Of a stretch of 64,000 bases of DNA, positions 40,340 to 52,980 are shown piece by piece; positions within the stretch are counted from its first letter, which is position 1; each line of letters starts with the position of its first letter. The stretch covers positions 2,232,001 through 2,296,000 of the forward strand of contig NW_027139442.1 of NCBI RefSeq assembly GCF_035084215.1, in the 5' to 3' direction. The notes beneath the pieces were generated by a model. It was given only the letters and a program-made list of their open reading frames with translations, made no database searches and had not been told where the DNA came from. Both the position numbers and the translations under genes were made by a program. Source of the stretch: Heptranchias perlo. Its lineage: Eukaryota.

Positions 40340-40610
40340 GCCCTTCCCCCGGACTCAATGCCGATCTCTGCGCCCATCTGCGGACACGGTCCCGAAGCGA
40401 TGAGCTGCTGTAACGAGGCTGCTCTTTGCTCCCTTCCCCCGGGGGCCGTGATCTCTCCATTCCCGGCTGTTTTAAACCATCTTCTTCCGCTCACTGAGGG
40501 AATGGCGCCCACAGGCCGAGCTGGGGGAGGGGAGCGCGCATGCGCTCTTCTGCTCACCAACAATCAGCGCTGGGGGCGGGGCTGAGTCGCGCATGCGCAG
40601 ATATCTGGTT
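40340..40610 (-). promoter_or_regulatory. CpG-island promoter/first exon, cassette copy 4 (inverted)
   Basis: Reverse complement of 6190-6460 with few changes. Confidence 0.6.
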
Positions 40611-41539
40611 TAATTCTCAATAAAAATCGATGGAAACTTTCCCCAATTGGAATTTTTCAGAGTCTGATCAAAGGAAGTGGGTCTGGGGGAAAGGTCAGAG
40701 GGAATGGGGTCCACAGGCAGTGCAGGAACAGGCACCAGAATGGGAAAGAGTTGGGATTCCACCAGTGCCGAACGCTGGAATCCAGACTGACTTTACAATC
40801 TCTAACTATTAAACGAGATGTTTCCATCCCTGCTGTTTCTCTCGGAATCTTTTGATGGTAAAGAGCCTTTCAGAGATAAAGTGGGCGGCTGTGAAATGAG
40901 CCAATGTATTCTGTTCATTCTTGAACTTTTTACTGATAAAACTGACGCTTGAGGAAGAAACTGGAGGGAGGATTTCTCAAACCATTCCTGGAGAAAGCAG
41001 GAGGAAAGAGTGAGTCGGTGCATTTTCTGGGACGGTGTAGGATTAATATCTGACAGCAACCGTCCCAGATTAATTTAATCAGAGTAAAACTCTCGATTAC
41101 TGATTGGAATACCGAACGACCTTGAGCTGCAAAACCGAATATAGTGCAACAGGCAGAAGAAGATTAAATTGGCCCATTGTTTTTGACACTCTCTGCAATG
41201 TCACTGAGGGTGGGATTAATAATGTGTCTGTCTCTGGTATAATATCAGTGAGAGATGAGATTTCATCGTCTGTCTCTCCAATGGGATCTTTCTGGAAAAA
41301 AACGGAACTTTACAGGTCAGTCTGCAACTGATACTGTGGCACTGTGTCTCTCCGCTCTCTCACTCACCGTGTCTGTCGCCCTCTCTCTCCCTCTCGCTCT
41401 CTCTGGCGCTTTATGTGAAGGTTGGATACTGCTATTGAGCGTGATATGAACACACTGATAGGAAGTGTAAGTCTGACAGTGTCTCTCTCTCTCTCGCTAG
41501 TACGGACATGAAGGTGGGATACTGTCTGATATAAAAGAG

Positions 41540-42200
41540 AGAGAATGAGATGTCCGGGCCAGACATCACTCCAACTGGGGATGTGTTCGGCTCCAGTCCC
41601 AGTGCATGGTCAAAATCTTTTCACAGATTCAGGGTGAGAGTCTCTGTGGGACGGTAACACTGGCGGAGAAATTCCGCGTCATAACTCAAACCGGAACACA
41701 TTAGACTCTCCAAATGTTTGTAAGGTGTTTGTAAACTGCTGAACACGTCTGGGTGGGGATGTGGGGAGTTAGAACAGGGAAACAGACTGAAGTGGAGGAG
41801 CCGAGTTGATTGTTATTGAATGCAATGTATTCAGGCAGGAACATTACTGACTTTGCATTGTAACGTGGCTTATTTAAAAGCTCCGGGTGTGTTGGAATCC
41901 TTGAATATGCATTTGGACAGTTACATGGGTAAGATGGGTATAGAGCGATATGGGCCAAGTGCAGGCAATTGGGACTAGCTTCGTGGTATAAACTGGGCGA
42001 CATGGACATGTTGGCCCGAAGGGCCTGTTTCCATATTGTAAACTTCTATAAGTCTATGATTCTACAATATGAAGCCCGAGTTTGTAAGGGTTTGTGCGGA
42101 GCGCTGTGTTTCGGTTCGATTATCGTTAGAAATCAGTTGTCGGAGAGAACTGGAGGTGGAGCTGGAAGATCAGAGTCCGCCATCTGCTCTGTCTGTTACT
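41540..42200 (-). repeat. Inverted copy of the H4-H1 spacer (16520-17010) without either gene
   Basis: gaagcccgagt(t/c)tgtaagggtttgtgcggagcg...ggaggtggagctggaagatcagag matches the reverse complement of ~16530-16645. Confidence 0.8.
41910..42065 (+). mobile_element. CR1/HER1-type 3' tail insertion with a 6-bp TSD
   Basis: aatatg at 41904-41909 and 42066-42071; the paralogous site near 16645 is empty. Confidence 0.75.
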
Positions 42201-42689
42201 CTGGCCCCGCCCGCTTTCCCTGTTTAATCCCCCATATGGAATCAAAGCGGGCTGGTGGACTCGAAACACGGTTTACTTGTTAACAGGACGAAAGGTGAGT
42301 AATGTGTCTGATCTCCTCGGCACCAGACAATTCACTGTTATTTGTATCTGTACAAATTTACATCTCAGTGATTCCCCAGTGAGTTTGATGCGTGATGTAA
42401 ATGATCCAACAAAATAGAAGAGAAACAGAGCCAAGCGCTGAATTCCACAGATGTGGAAAGGTTAGTCGAGCAGTTCTGGTGATGCTTTAAGAGCCCAACA
42501 TGGCAAGTAGTTTAAATAAATAAAATAAATTTGGTGATGTGTGGACTGGGGTCTACAGGTCACCGTTTAAAGTACCGGACTGTGGTCGGTGCCCCGACTC
42601 CAGTCCCATTAATACCTCACCTCGCCTACAACGAGAATAAAGCAGCTCAAAGCCACACCAGGAGCATATCAGCGTCTCCGTTCAGCCAG

Positions 42690-42737
42690 TAACCACCACT
42701 TTCACAGATACAGTGGGTGGCTCTGAAAAGAGCCTTT
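42690..42737 (-). pseudogene. Orphan H2A-type 3' stem-loop plus HDE, without a coding sequence
   Basis: Reverse complement AAAGGCTCTTTTCAGAGCCACCCACTGTATCTGTGAAAGTGGTGGTTACT matches the H2A 3' end at ~32799-32848; it abuts a LINE tail. Confidence 0.85.
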
Positions 42738-44150
42738 ACATCGAGTTACTTCGGAACTACGGCGCAGAAACAGGCAATTCGGCCCAACTGGTCGATGCCA
42801 GTGTTTATTCTCCACACGAGGCTGCTCCCTCCCTAATTCATCTCACTCGATCAGAATACGCTTCGATTCCTTCCTTCCTCATGTGTTAATCGAGCTGCCC
42901 CTTAAATGCACCTGTGCTATTTGCCTGAGCTACTGCTTGTGGTAGCATTTTCCACATTCTAACCACTCTTTGGGTAAAGCAGTTTCTCCTGAATTCCCTA
43001 TTGGATTTATTAGCGACTATTTTATATTTATTACCTCTAGTTTTGGACTCCACGCAAGTGGAAACATTTTCTCGATGTCTACCCTACGAAACCCCATCGG
43101 AAGACCTCGATCAGGTCACCCCTCAGCCTTCTCTTTTCTAGAGAAAACACCCCCAGTCTGTTCAGCTTTTCCGAATGAGAATATCCTCTCATTTCTCGTA
43201 TCATGAGAATTTTTTTGCACCTTCGATGTCCTTTATATAACATGGAGACCAGAACTGTGCACAGTACTCCAAGTGTGGTCTAACCAAGGTCACATACAAT
43301 TTTAACATAACTTCATTGCTTTTCAATTCTATCCCTCTAGAAATGAATCCTAGTGTTTGATTTGCCTTTTTATGACCGTATTAACTTGAGTCGCTACTTT
43401 CAGTAATTTGTATATATGTACCACTAAATCCATTTGCTCCTCTATCCCGCTCACCCTCACTGACATTCTATCGTTGAACTGCTGTAATATTGTCCTTTAG
43501 TAATGTTGCTACTCCTCCTCCTTTCCCTATTTCCCTTATTATCCAAGCCGTATGTGACCTCCTTATTCTTCATTCTGCAACTTTGTAAATGTTCTCTTGC
43601 ATTTTGATGCATTCTTCCTTTGTATTAACTATATCCCCCAATTTGTTGTCGTCCACTAATTTTGAAATTGTACTTCCGATTCTCGTGTCCCGAATTTTTA
43701 ATGTAAATTGTGAACAACAGTGGTCCCAACACCGACCGCTGTGGAAATCCACTTCCCACCTGTTTGCCAATCTGAGTAACTACCCTTAACCTCTATTCTC
43801 TGTTTTCTGTTTTGTTGCCAGCTTGCAAACCATTCTTCCACCTGTCCCCTGACTCCGCGTGCACTGAACTTAGCCACGAGTCTCCAACGCGGTACCTATC
43901 AAAGGCCTTCGGAAAATCCAAATATACTGCATCTACGACATGAACCTTGCTCTCCATGGGTCTTTCAGTGTGTTTACACTGCCCGCTCACCCTCACTGAC
44001 ATTCTATCTTTGAACTGCTGTAATATTGTCCTTTAGTAATATTGCTACTCCTCCTCCTTTCCCTATTTCCCTGTCCTTTCTAAATATCTTATAGACTTGA
44101 ATATTAAGCTGCCATTCGTGCCCAACTGGTAATCAGGTCTCTGTAATGAT
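42737..44150 (-). mobile_element. Rearranged CR1 LINE (3' UTR, RT and endonuclease pieces)
   Basis: Minus frames give VDAVYLDFPKAFD, ISKLVDD and KGGGVA; 3' UTR at 42737-42900. Confidence 0.85.
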
Positions 44151-44304
44151 TTAATGTAATTATTTAATTTTACTCAATGGCTGATGTGAGCTGCGGGAAA
44201 ATGTATTTCCAGCTGGTCAAGTATTGCAGGTATCGGCTGTCTCTTCAGTCCGATGTCAGGTGAAGAATCAATGTCTGTTGTGTAATTTCCATTGATTGGG
44301 GGTT

Positions 44305-44337
44305 GGCGTCATCTACTGGGCGAAAACGGGAACTGCA
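44305..44337 (-). promoter_or_regulatory. CTCF-like site with U module upstream of tRNA-Gly
   Basis: Minus strand TGCAGTTCC-N6-CGCCCAGTAGATGACGCC. Confidence 0.6.
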
Positions 44338-44453
44338 ACAGAGCGAGAAAGGATCCGTCAGAAACCAGTTCAAATGAAGGACAAAATTCAACAGCCTGCA
44401 GTGTCTGTTCAGGGTCTGAGGTTTCGGAGCAATTTGCTTGTCTTTGATTGCCA

Positions 44454-44525
44454 GCGATGGTGGTATAGTAGTGAACATAGCTGCCTTCCAAGCAATTGAC
44501 TCGGGTTCGATTCCCAGCCATCGCA
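44454..44525 (+). tRNA. tRNA-Gly(TCC), divergent and possibly a pseudogene
   Basis: 72-nt GCGATGG...CCATCGCA cloverleaf with anticodon TCC, B box GGTTCGATTCC and a T5 terminator at 44534-44538. D-loop GG>AG; mismatches in the anticodon and T stems. Confidence 0.85.
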
Positions 44526-44699
44526 TTTCAGTGTTTTTATTAATTTATATCCTTCATTAAGATTGCCAGCGAATTTGTTGTCGTTCAGCTGGATATTGTT
44601 TCTAAACATAAACTGTTATAATTATAGCAAAATGTTTTCAACGTTAATTTCTTTTCCCTATAGAAGGAATAGAGGACAAACATACTGGAAATAGTGAGC

Positions 44700-45860
44700 T
44701 ACCAAGGGTCTTCTGAGAGTGAGAAAGGCAAATGATATGTTAGCTTTTATTGCAAGGGTGTTGCAATATAAGAGTAATGAGGACTTGCTGCAATTGTACA
44801 ATGAGGAGATATTGTGTAAAATTGGCCTGTATTCGCTGGAGTTTAGAAGAATGAGAGATGATCGCATTGAAAAGTATACAATTTTTCGACGGCTTGAAAG
44901 GGTAGATGCGGAGAGGCTGATTCCCTGGCTGGAGAGTCAAGAACTTGAGGTCAGAGAATCAAGATAAGGGGTTGGCCATTTAGCATCGACATGAGGAAAA
45001 ATTTCATCACTCAAAGGTTTGTGAATCTTTGGAATTCTCCACCCCAGAGGGTTGTGGATGCTCAGTCGTTGAATGTTTTCAAAGCTGAGATCGATAGATT
45101 TTTGGACGCTAATGGAATCAAGGAATATGTGGATCAGGCGGGAAAGTGGAGTTGAGGTCGAAGATCAGCCATCATCTGATTGAATGGCGGAGCAGGCTCG
45201 AGGGGCCGTATGGCCTACTCCTCCTCCTATTTCTTATGTTCTTATGTAGAGAGCATTATATACAAGTCTGCTGATGAAACTAAGTTAGGTGGCACCGTAA
45301 ACATTATAGATGGGAGCAGAAAGTTGCAAAGGGACATTGACAGATTAAGTGAGTGAGCAAAACTGTGGCAGATGGAGTTCAACTTGGGGAAGTGTGAGGT
45401 CATCCACTTTGGACCATGAAAAGATAGATCAGAGTATTTTCTAAATGGGAAGAAACTAGGAACTGTGGGTGAGCAGAGGGATTTATGAGACCAAGTACAG
45501 AATTCACGAAAAGGTGCAAAAATAAGTTAAAATGGGAATGGTATTTTGATGTTTATCTCAAGGGACATGAAATAAAAAGGAATGGAAGTTATGTCACAGT
45601 TATACAGAGCTCTGGTTAGACCTCATTCAGTTTTGGGTACTGCATCTCTGGGAGGATATGAACATATGAAATATGAGCAGGTGTAGACCATACGGCCCCT
45701 CGAGCCTGCTCCGCCATTCAATAGATCATGGCTGATCTTGAAGCTCATCTCCACTTTACCGGTCTATCCCCATATCCCTTGATTTCATGGTTCAAAAATC
45801 TATCAAACTCAATATTGAATACACTAAACGACTGAACATCCACAGCTCTCTGGGATGGAG
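44700..45860. mobile_element. Cluster of CR1 LINE pieces (+ 44700-45247 with tatgttct tail, + 45255-45660, - 45658-45860)
   Basis: KANDMLAFIAR, LYSLEFRRMR, ADETKL motifs and characteristic 3' UTRs. Confidence 0.85.
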
Positions 45861-45879
45861 AGAACAGCATCAATAAAGC

Positions 45880-46578
<699 letters not shown>

Positions 46579-46689
46579 TTCTACATTGTACCGTGAGTGT
46601 CTGTTCAGCAAAACGGCTCTGAATTCCTCAGTCTCTATTTCTCGATACGGTTCTGTGCGCAACTTGGGCAATAAAACACTGATCGACAC

Positions 46690-47060
46690 CCGGCGAGCAA
46701 TGGCGGCCGCAGGCCCCACAATCCCCCGCGCCTCAGAAACCCCTCTATCTCTCCAACGCGGTGATTTCCTGGTCAGGCTGCGCATGCTACCCAGGCCCGC
46801 ATTGTATTTTGGGAGCGCGTCGCTCCTGTGGTTTGTCTCGAGTCGGACTCGGTGGAAACTGGAGAAGAAACTGGGAATCGGCGGGTCGGACGGGGGATGC
46901 CGCCTGTCGGGCCCCGAGCCCCACTCGGTGTTGCTGAGACTCCGCTCAGTGTAAATGCAGGTTGTTGTTGAGCTGCTCCCGTTGGCCTCCGCGTTACCGG
47001 ACAGAATCAGCCAGGGACGGTGGCTGTGCTGCTCCCCATGGTAGAAATGCTGACAGCTCG
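46690..47060 (+). promoter_or_regulatory. CpG island, likely promoter of the downstream zinc-finger gene
   Basis: CpG-rich, with NRF1-like ctgcgcatgc near 46778; lies ~2 kb upstream of the ZF exon acceptor. Confidence 0.5.
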
Positions 47061-47432
47061 GTATATCGGCTCACAAGTACAGAATTACCACTTGGCCGGG
47101 TACTGGAGGGCAAACAGTGACTGGGCCCGAACCCCACCATCACGCAGCACCTTCAGGAGAGAATGGGAGAAAAATTGAGGCTGCGATGAATCTGGATTTC
47201 AAACAGCGAGGACGTGTCAAGGATGGAATGTGTGGAACGGGGGCTTTCCAGCTTAATAGGGGCAAGGAGGGAGAGTGTGTTGGACGGGGAATTTACAGCT
47301 TAATAGAGGCAAGGAGGGAGAGTTTGGCTCGCGGGATTTACAGCTTAGGAGGTGCAAGAGCGTTGTTCCAGAGAAACCAGAACTGTCTGTTGTGAATTTC
47401 TAACCTGTACTTACAGTGATGATTTTTGTAAA

Positions 47433-47870
47433 TGATGAGGACAGATGCATAGACTAGCCTTGTATTGTCTTGAATGTACAAGATTACGCTGTGATCTAAT
47501 TGAGGTGTTGGAGAAGATTAAAGGATTTTATGGGGTAGATAGAGAGAAACTATTTCCTCTGGTGGGGGAGTCTAGAACAAGGGGGAATCACCTTCAAATT
47601 AGAGCTGGGCCTTTCAGGGGTGAAGTCAGGAAGCAATTTTTCACACAAGGGGTAGTTGAAATCTGGAACTCTCTCCCCCTGAAAGCTGTTGAGGCTGGGG
47701 GTCAATTGATAATTTCAAAACTGAGATTGATATATTTTTGTTTGACAAGGATATTAAGGGTTATGGTATCAAGGCGGGTGGATGGAGTTAAGATACAGAT
47801 CAGCCATAACCTAATTGAAGGACGGAACAGGCTCGTGGAGCTGAATGGCTGACTCTTGTTCCTATATTGC
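47433..47870 (+). mobile_element. CR1 LINE 3' fragment
   Basis: ORF 47445..47852 reads RLRCDLIEV...RTRGN...FFTQGVVEIWNSLP. Confidence 0.85.
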
Positions 47871-47954
47871 TAAATGCAGCCATCAGTAATAAGGTTGTGG
47901 ATGGCAAGGGCCTTGTTCACAGTTGAATGGACATCTGGAGGGAGATGAGCAGAG

Positions 47955-48192
47955 AGGAGGTGACTGATCAGGGAGTGTCTGTAAATGAAGTAGAAATGGT
48001 GACGAGGTAGGGAGTGTCTCTAAATGAAGGATAAATGATGATGGGTCAGAGAGTGTCTGCAAACGAAGCAGAAAGGATGACTGGTCAGGGAATATCTGTA
48101 AATGAAGGAGAAATGGTTACGGGTCAGGGAGAGTCTATAATTGAAGTAGAAATGGTGATTGGTCAGGGAGAGATGGTGACTGGTCAGGGAGC
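47955..48192. repeat. 39-bp minisatellite (~6 units)
   Basis: gtgactggtcagggagtgtctgtaaatgaaggagaaatg-like units. Confidence 0.8.
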
Positions 48193-48289
48193 CAAAATCA
48201 CCAAAAGTGGGAGATATCACAGATGGACAACTGACAGGCAGCTATAGGGAGCGACGTATTGTAGAAAAGAGGATGAGAGCATAAACACC

Positions 48290-48695
48290 CAGCCAGAGTC
48301 AGCACCTTCAGTGGAGGACAGGGTGGGGAACCAGTGAGTGGCTGGGTTTAGTTCCACACTCACTGGTTCCCCTCCTTCTCCTCCCCCGAAGGTTCCGAAT
48401 CTGGCTAGGTTCAGTTCTACAGAGTCAGGACCTTCAGGGGAGGAGAGGGAGGGGAACCAGTGAGTGTAGAACTGAACCCAGTCAGAGTCACGCACTTCAG
48501 GGGAGGAGAGGGAGGGGAACAAGTGAGTGTAGAACTGAACCCAGTCAGAGTCAGGACCTTCAGGGGAGGAGAGGGAGGGGAACAAGTGAGTATAGAACTG
48601 AACTCAGTCGGAGTCAGGACTTTCAGGGGAGGAGAGGGAGGGGAACCGGTGAGTGTAGAACTGAACCCAGTCAGAGTCAGGACCTTCAGGGGGAG
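48290..48695. repeat. 63-bp G-rich minisatellite containing one inverted unit (~48342-48420)
   Basis: agagtc recurs at 48421, 48484 and 48547; cacactcactggttcccctcc is the reverse complement of the unit. Confidence 0.85.
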
Positions 48696-48905
48696 TGAAA
48701 ACATAAATAGAAGGAAAAATGTTGGAGATGGTGCGATGGGTTTGGATTTCAGCAGAGGGAGGAGGGTGATTGTGAGGGGCAGGGATTTACAGTCTGGGGG
48801 AATGAGCGGGAAGAATGTTCCATAGAAACTGGAATTGCCTGTTCTGAATTTCTATCCTGTATTCCCAGTATTCACAGTGAGGACTTTCTTCATCTCCTTT
48901 TACAG

Positions 48906-50276
48906 GGTATTAGAAGGGGAGGATTTGCAGATGGGAAACTCAAACCAAACATCACATCAAGATCTGACAGTCACTCGATTCACCAGCACCTGAAGATCAT
49001 CTGCCTTTGAATATAGAAGGAGGAATGTTTGTCTGTTCCGTCTCTGAGAAGAGATTTCAAACATCAGTGTAACTGGAAAAACACCGAGACACACACACCC
49101 GAGTGAGAGTGTTCCAGTGCACTGACTGTGGAAAGAGCTTTAACCAGTTACACAGCCTGAAAAAAACATCGCACCATTCACAGTGGGGAGAAACCGTACA
49201 CGTGTTCTGTGTGTGGACGAGGCTTCAACTGATCATCCAACCTGGAGAGACACAAGGACACCCGGACCACGGAGAAACCGTGGAAATGTGGGGATTGTGG
49301 GAAAGGATTCAGATTCCCGTCCCTTCTGGAAACTCATCGACGCAGTCACACCGGGGAGAGGCCGTTCACCTGCTCCATGTGTGGGAAGTGATTCATTCAG
49401 TCATCCAGTCTTCTGACACATCAACTGGTTCACACTGATAAGAGACCCTTCAAATGTTCTGACTGTGAGAAGAGCTTTAAAAGTAAAACGGAACTACTTG
49501 CACACCAAGGGACTCACACTGGGGAGAGGCCGTTCACCTGCACTGAGTGTGGGAAGAGATTCACCCAGTCATCCCATCTGCTAACACACCAACGAGTTCA
49601 CACTGGGGAGAGGCCGTTCACCTGCTCTGTGTGTGGGACGGGTTTCACTCTGTCACCCAGCCTCACTGAACACCAACTTGTTCACATTGATAAGAGACCC
49701 TTTAAATGTTCTAACTGTGAGAAGAGCTTTAAAGGAACAAGTGATCTGCTGACACACCAGCGTGTTCACACTGGGAGAGGCCGATCACCTGCTCCGTGTG
49801 TGGGAAGGAATTCACTCAGTCATCCAGCCTACTGATGCACCAGCGTGTTCACACTGGGAGAGGCCGTTCACCTGCTCCGTGTGTGGGAAGGGATTCACTC
49901 GTTCATCCAAACTCATTGAACATCAACTTGTTTACACTGATAAGAGACTTTTCAAATGTTCTGACTGTGAGAAGAGCTTTAAGAGAAAAAAAGAACTGCT
50001 GACACACCAACGGACTCACACTGGGGAGAGGCCGTTCATTGCTCGCTGTGTGGCAACGGATTCACTCAGTTATCCAGCCTCATTAAACATCAACTTGTTC
50101 ACACTGATAAGAGATCCCTGAAATGTTCTGTCTGTGAGAAGAGCTTTAAAACAAAGTGGAATCTGCTCACACACGAACGTATTCACACTGGGGAGAGGCC
50201 ATTCACCTGCTCTGTGTGTGGGAATGGATTCAATCAATCATCCCACCTGCTGAAACACCAGCGAGTTCACATGTGA
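48906..50276 (+). pseudogene. C2H2 zinc-finger array pseudogene (~12 fingers plus ~3 degenerate upstream fingers)
   Basis: Repeated CxxC...HxxxH with TGERPF/TDKRPF linkers; acceptor ccttttacag ending at 48905. The probable start before [13 protein letters not shown] is ACG (49269). In-frame TGA at 49389; frameshifts near 49773, 49856 and 50038; final TGA at 50274-50276. Confidence 0.92.
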
Positions 50277-50574
50277 CTGCAGGGGTTGGATTCTGCTGCT
50301 ATCGCTGCTGTGAATCACATCCAGGACTGAACCATGTTCATTCTGACACTTGGGGTTTGTTTCTGATGTTAATAACCCCTTTAACTAGGCTGGAGTTTAG
50401 TATTCTTTACAAGAGTCAAATAAATCATCGTTCCTTTAAAGACAGTGTGTCTAGTGCTTGATATCTTGATGATAAGACAAGCTGATTGTAGATTATTATG
50501 AAGTGAGTAGAATCCATCTTATAACTGGGTTCCTATACCTTTTAAAAGATGGATACACAAGACGTCCAAGTCGG

Positions 50575-50960
50575 ACAGGACAGACTGTCACAGCACTGAC
50601 TGTGTGTATGGCAGGACAGACTGTCCCAGCACTGACTGTGTGTATGACAGGACAGAGTGTCCCAGCACTGACTGTGTGTATGACAGGACAGAGTGTCCCA
50701 ACACTGACTGTGTGTATGAAAGGACAGAGTGTCCCAACACTGAGTGTGTGTTTGACAGGACAGAGTGTCCCAGCACTGAATGTGTGTATGACAGGACTGA
50801 GTGTCCCAGCACTGACTGTGTGTATGACAGGACAGAGTGTCCCAACACTGACTGTGTGTATGAAAGGACAGAGTGTCCCAACACTGAGTGTGTGTTTGAC
50901 AGGACAGAGTGTCCCAGCACTGACTGTGTGTATGACAGGGCAGAGTGTCCCAGCAATGAT
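50575..50960. repeat. 36-bp minisatellite (~10 units)
   Basis: gacaggacagagtgtcccagcactgactgtgtgtat in tandem. Confidence 0.95.
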
Positions 50961-51194
50961 CGTGTGTAGAGTGTACATGGGCTGTGGGCGGAGATAAATG
51001 TGTGGGGTAGAATCCATGATAGGGTGGAGTGGCATGGGGTTGTCGGAGGAGATTACATCGGTTGGAGGAGGTTACAGAGATAGGGAAGGGGAGAGGAACA
51101 TGGAGGGTTTTGAACACGAGGATGAGGATCTCAAAATCGAGACGTTGCCGACCGGGGGCCAGTGTAGTAACACACGAACAGAAACTTACGGGTC

Positions 51195-51700
51195 ACTGCC
51201 GGGCAAACAGGTGGAGAAGACATTGATGTCCGCGGAGGAACAGTCAGGGTCACAGCAGCAGTCGAGGGGTTGAAAATGAGGAGGGGTTTTGATGGAGTCG
51301 ATGGGGAGAAACTGTTGCCACTGGCTGGAGGGTCCGTAACCAGAGGGCACAGATTGAAGGGAATTGGGAAAAGAGCCAGAGGGAGATGAGGAGAATGTTT
51401 TTCGGCAGTGAGTTGTTCTGAGCTGGAATTCACTGCCTGAAAGGGCGGTGGAAGCAGATTCAATAATAACTTTCAAAAGGGAATCGGGTCAATCCTTGAA
51501 GGGGGGAAATTTGCGGGACTGTGGGGAAAGAGCGGGGGAGTGGGACTAATCGAATCGCAATTTCACAGGGCCGGCACGGGCGCGATGGGCCGAGCGGCCT
51601 CTTTCGCAGAGCCGACACAGGCGCGATGGGCCGAGCGGCCTCTTGCACAGAGCCGGCACAGGCGCGATGAGCCGAGCGGCCTCTTTCTCAGAGCCAGCAC
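51195..51700 (+). mobile_element. CR1 3' fragment whose terminal 41 bp is triplicated and CpG-rich
   Basis: cgcgatg recurs at 51581, 51622 and 51663. Confidence 0.7.
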
Positions 51701-52554
51701 CGGAGCCGTCAGCCCGACCCCCGCCAAGCCCGCTCTCCCATCTCAGGCCACTCTCGGGTGCGGGCCCTCCCTTTGTCGGGCGAGGACCCGCAACATCATC
51801 CTCCTGGCCCCGGCACAAGGACCGCGTCTTGACGTCAACGCGCTAAGGTGAGTGACGCTGACGCGTGTCACTTGATGGGAGGAGTCAGCCCGGGGTCCGG
51901 GACGGGGGTGGTGAGAGCTGTCAATCAAAGGGCCCGGAGTCAGCACTCACTGCGCAAAGGGTTTGAAGAATTTGTTTAAAAATGCAAAATCTGCAATAAT
52001 GAAATTAAAATATAAAGGTACAAGAAAGGGAAGAAATTTCAAGTACAACAATCTGAATTAAAAACAGAAACGTCCAAATTCATATCAGGCTGATGGCCTG
52101 GGTCCTCCTGGGTCCTCCTGTGTCCTCCTGTCACTATTAGTCTTCTCTCCCTCGGGCATAGGATGAGCAGAATGATTGAATGTAACCTTTTTAATGCAGA
52201 GTGTGCTGGATGCATGGAATGGTCCAGCAAGGGAGGCAATGGGGCCTGATTGTATCAACAAATTCCAGAGAGTTGGCGAAGTACCTGATAGCGATACCTT
52301 GAGTTATGACAGCCTAGAAATTGGGACCATTATTTTTTTTTACATGTGCAATAACTTTTAGTGATTGGTGTACCTGGACACCCAAACCCCTTTGCTCCTC
52401 TCCAGTCCCTAGTTTCTCATCATTAAGGCATTAATCCTATTTCTCACCTGGTGCCTGAAGTAGATGCTCTTTGTTTATCTCCCCATATTTGTACTGTCCG
52501 GCTGTATCTCCACCATTCACTGTCTAATAACATCAGACACGTTGAGACTGGAAC

Positions 52555-52980
52555 TTTTAAAAATATACTTTATTTCATAACATTTATGAATACAGGCAGT
52601 TCAATGCAAATATCACAGTTACAATTCAAAATAATACAATACAGCTCGTACACACTACGATTCAATTATTACAATTCAACACACGGTACATAGCTTCTAA
52701 TACATGCTGTACAATACAAAGTGAAATGTCCTTGCACGGTGGCCTTGCCCCATACAGCCTTTGAGAAGGCTGCTCCTCGCTTCAGTGTGTCCCACAGCAC
52801 GGACTCCTGGACCATGGTGTGTGCCAGTCAGCAACAATCGGTCGTGGGCAGGTCCTTCTGCTGGAAGACCAGCAAGTATCGGGTGGACCAAAGGGCCTCC
52901 TTCACTGAGTTGATGATCTTCCAGCAGCAGTTGATATCTGTCGCGGTGTGCGTCCCGGGGAACTGCCCTTACAGCACAGC
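52555..52980 (-). mobile_element. L1/Tx1-clade LINE 3' fragment (paralogue of 3228-3690)
   Basis: Minus frame GQFPGTHTATDINCCWKIINSVKEALWSTRYLLVFQ...GKATV. Confidence 0.7.

Noticed and set aside
50496-51117. Repetitive Cys/His-rich ORFs next to the ZF gene
   Set aside because: Translation of the 36-bp minisatellite; not C2H2 spacing.
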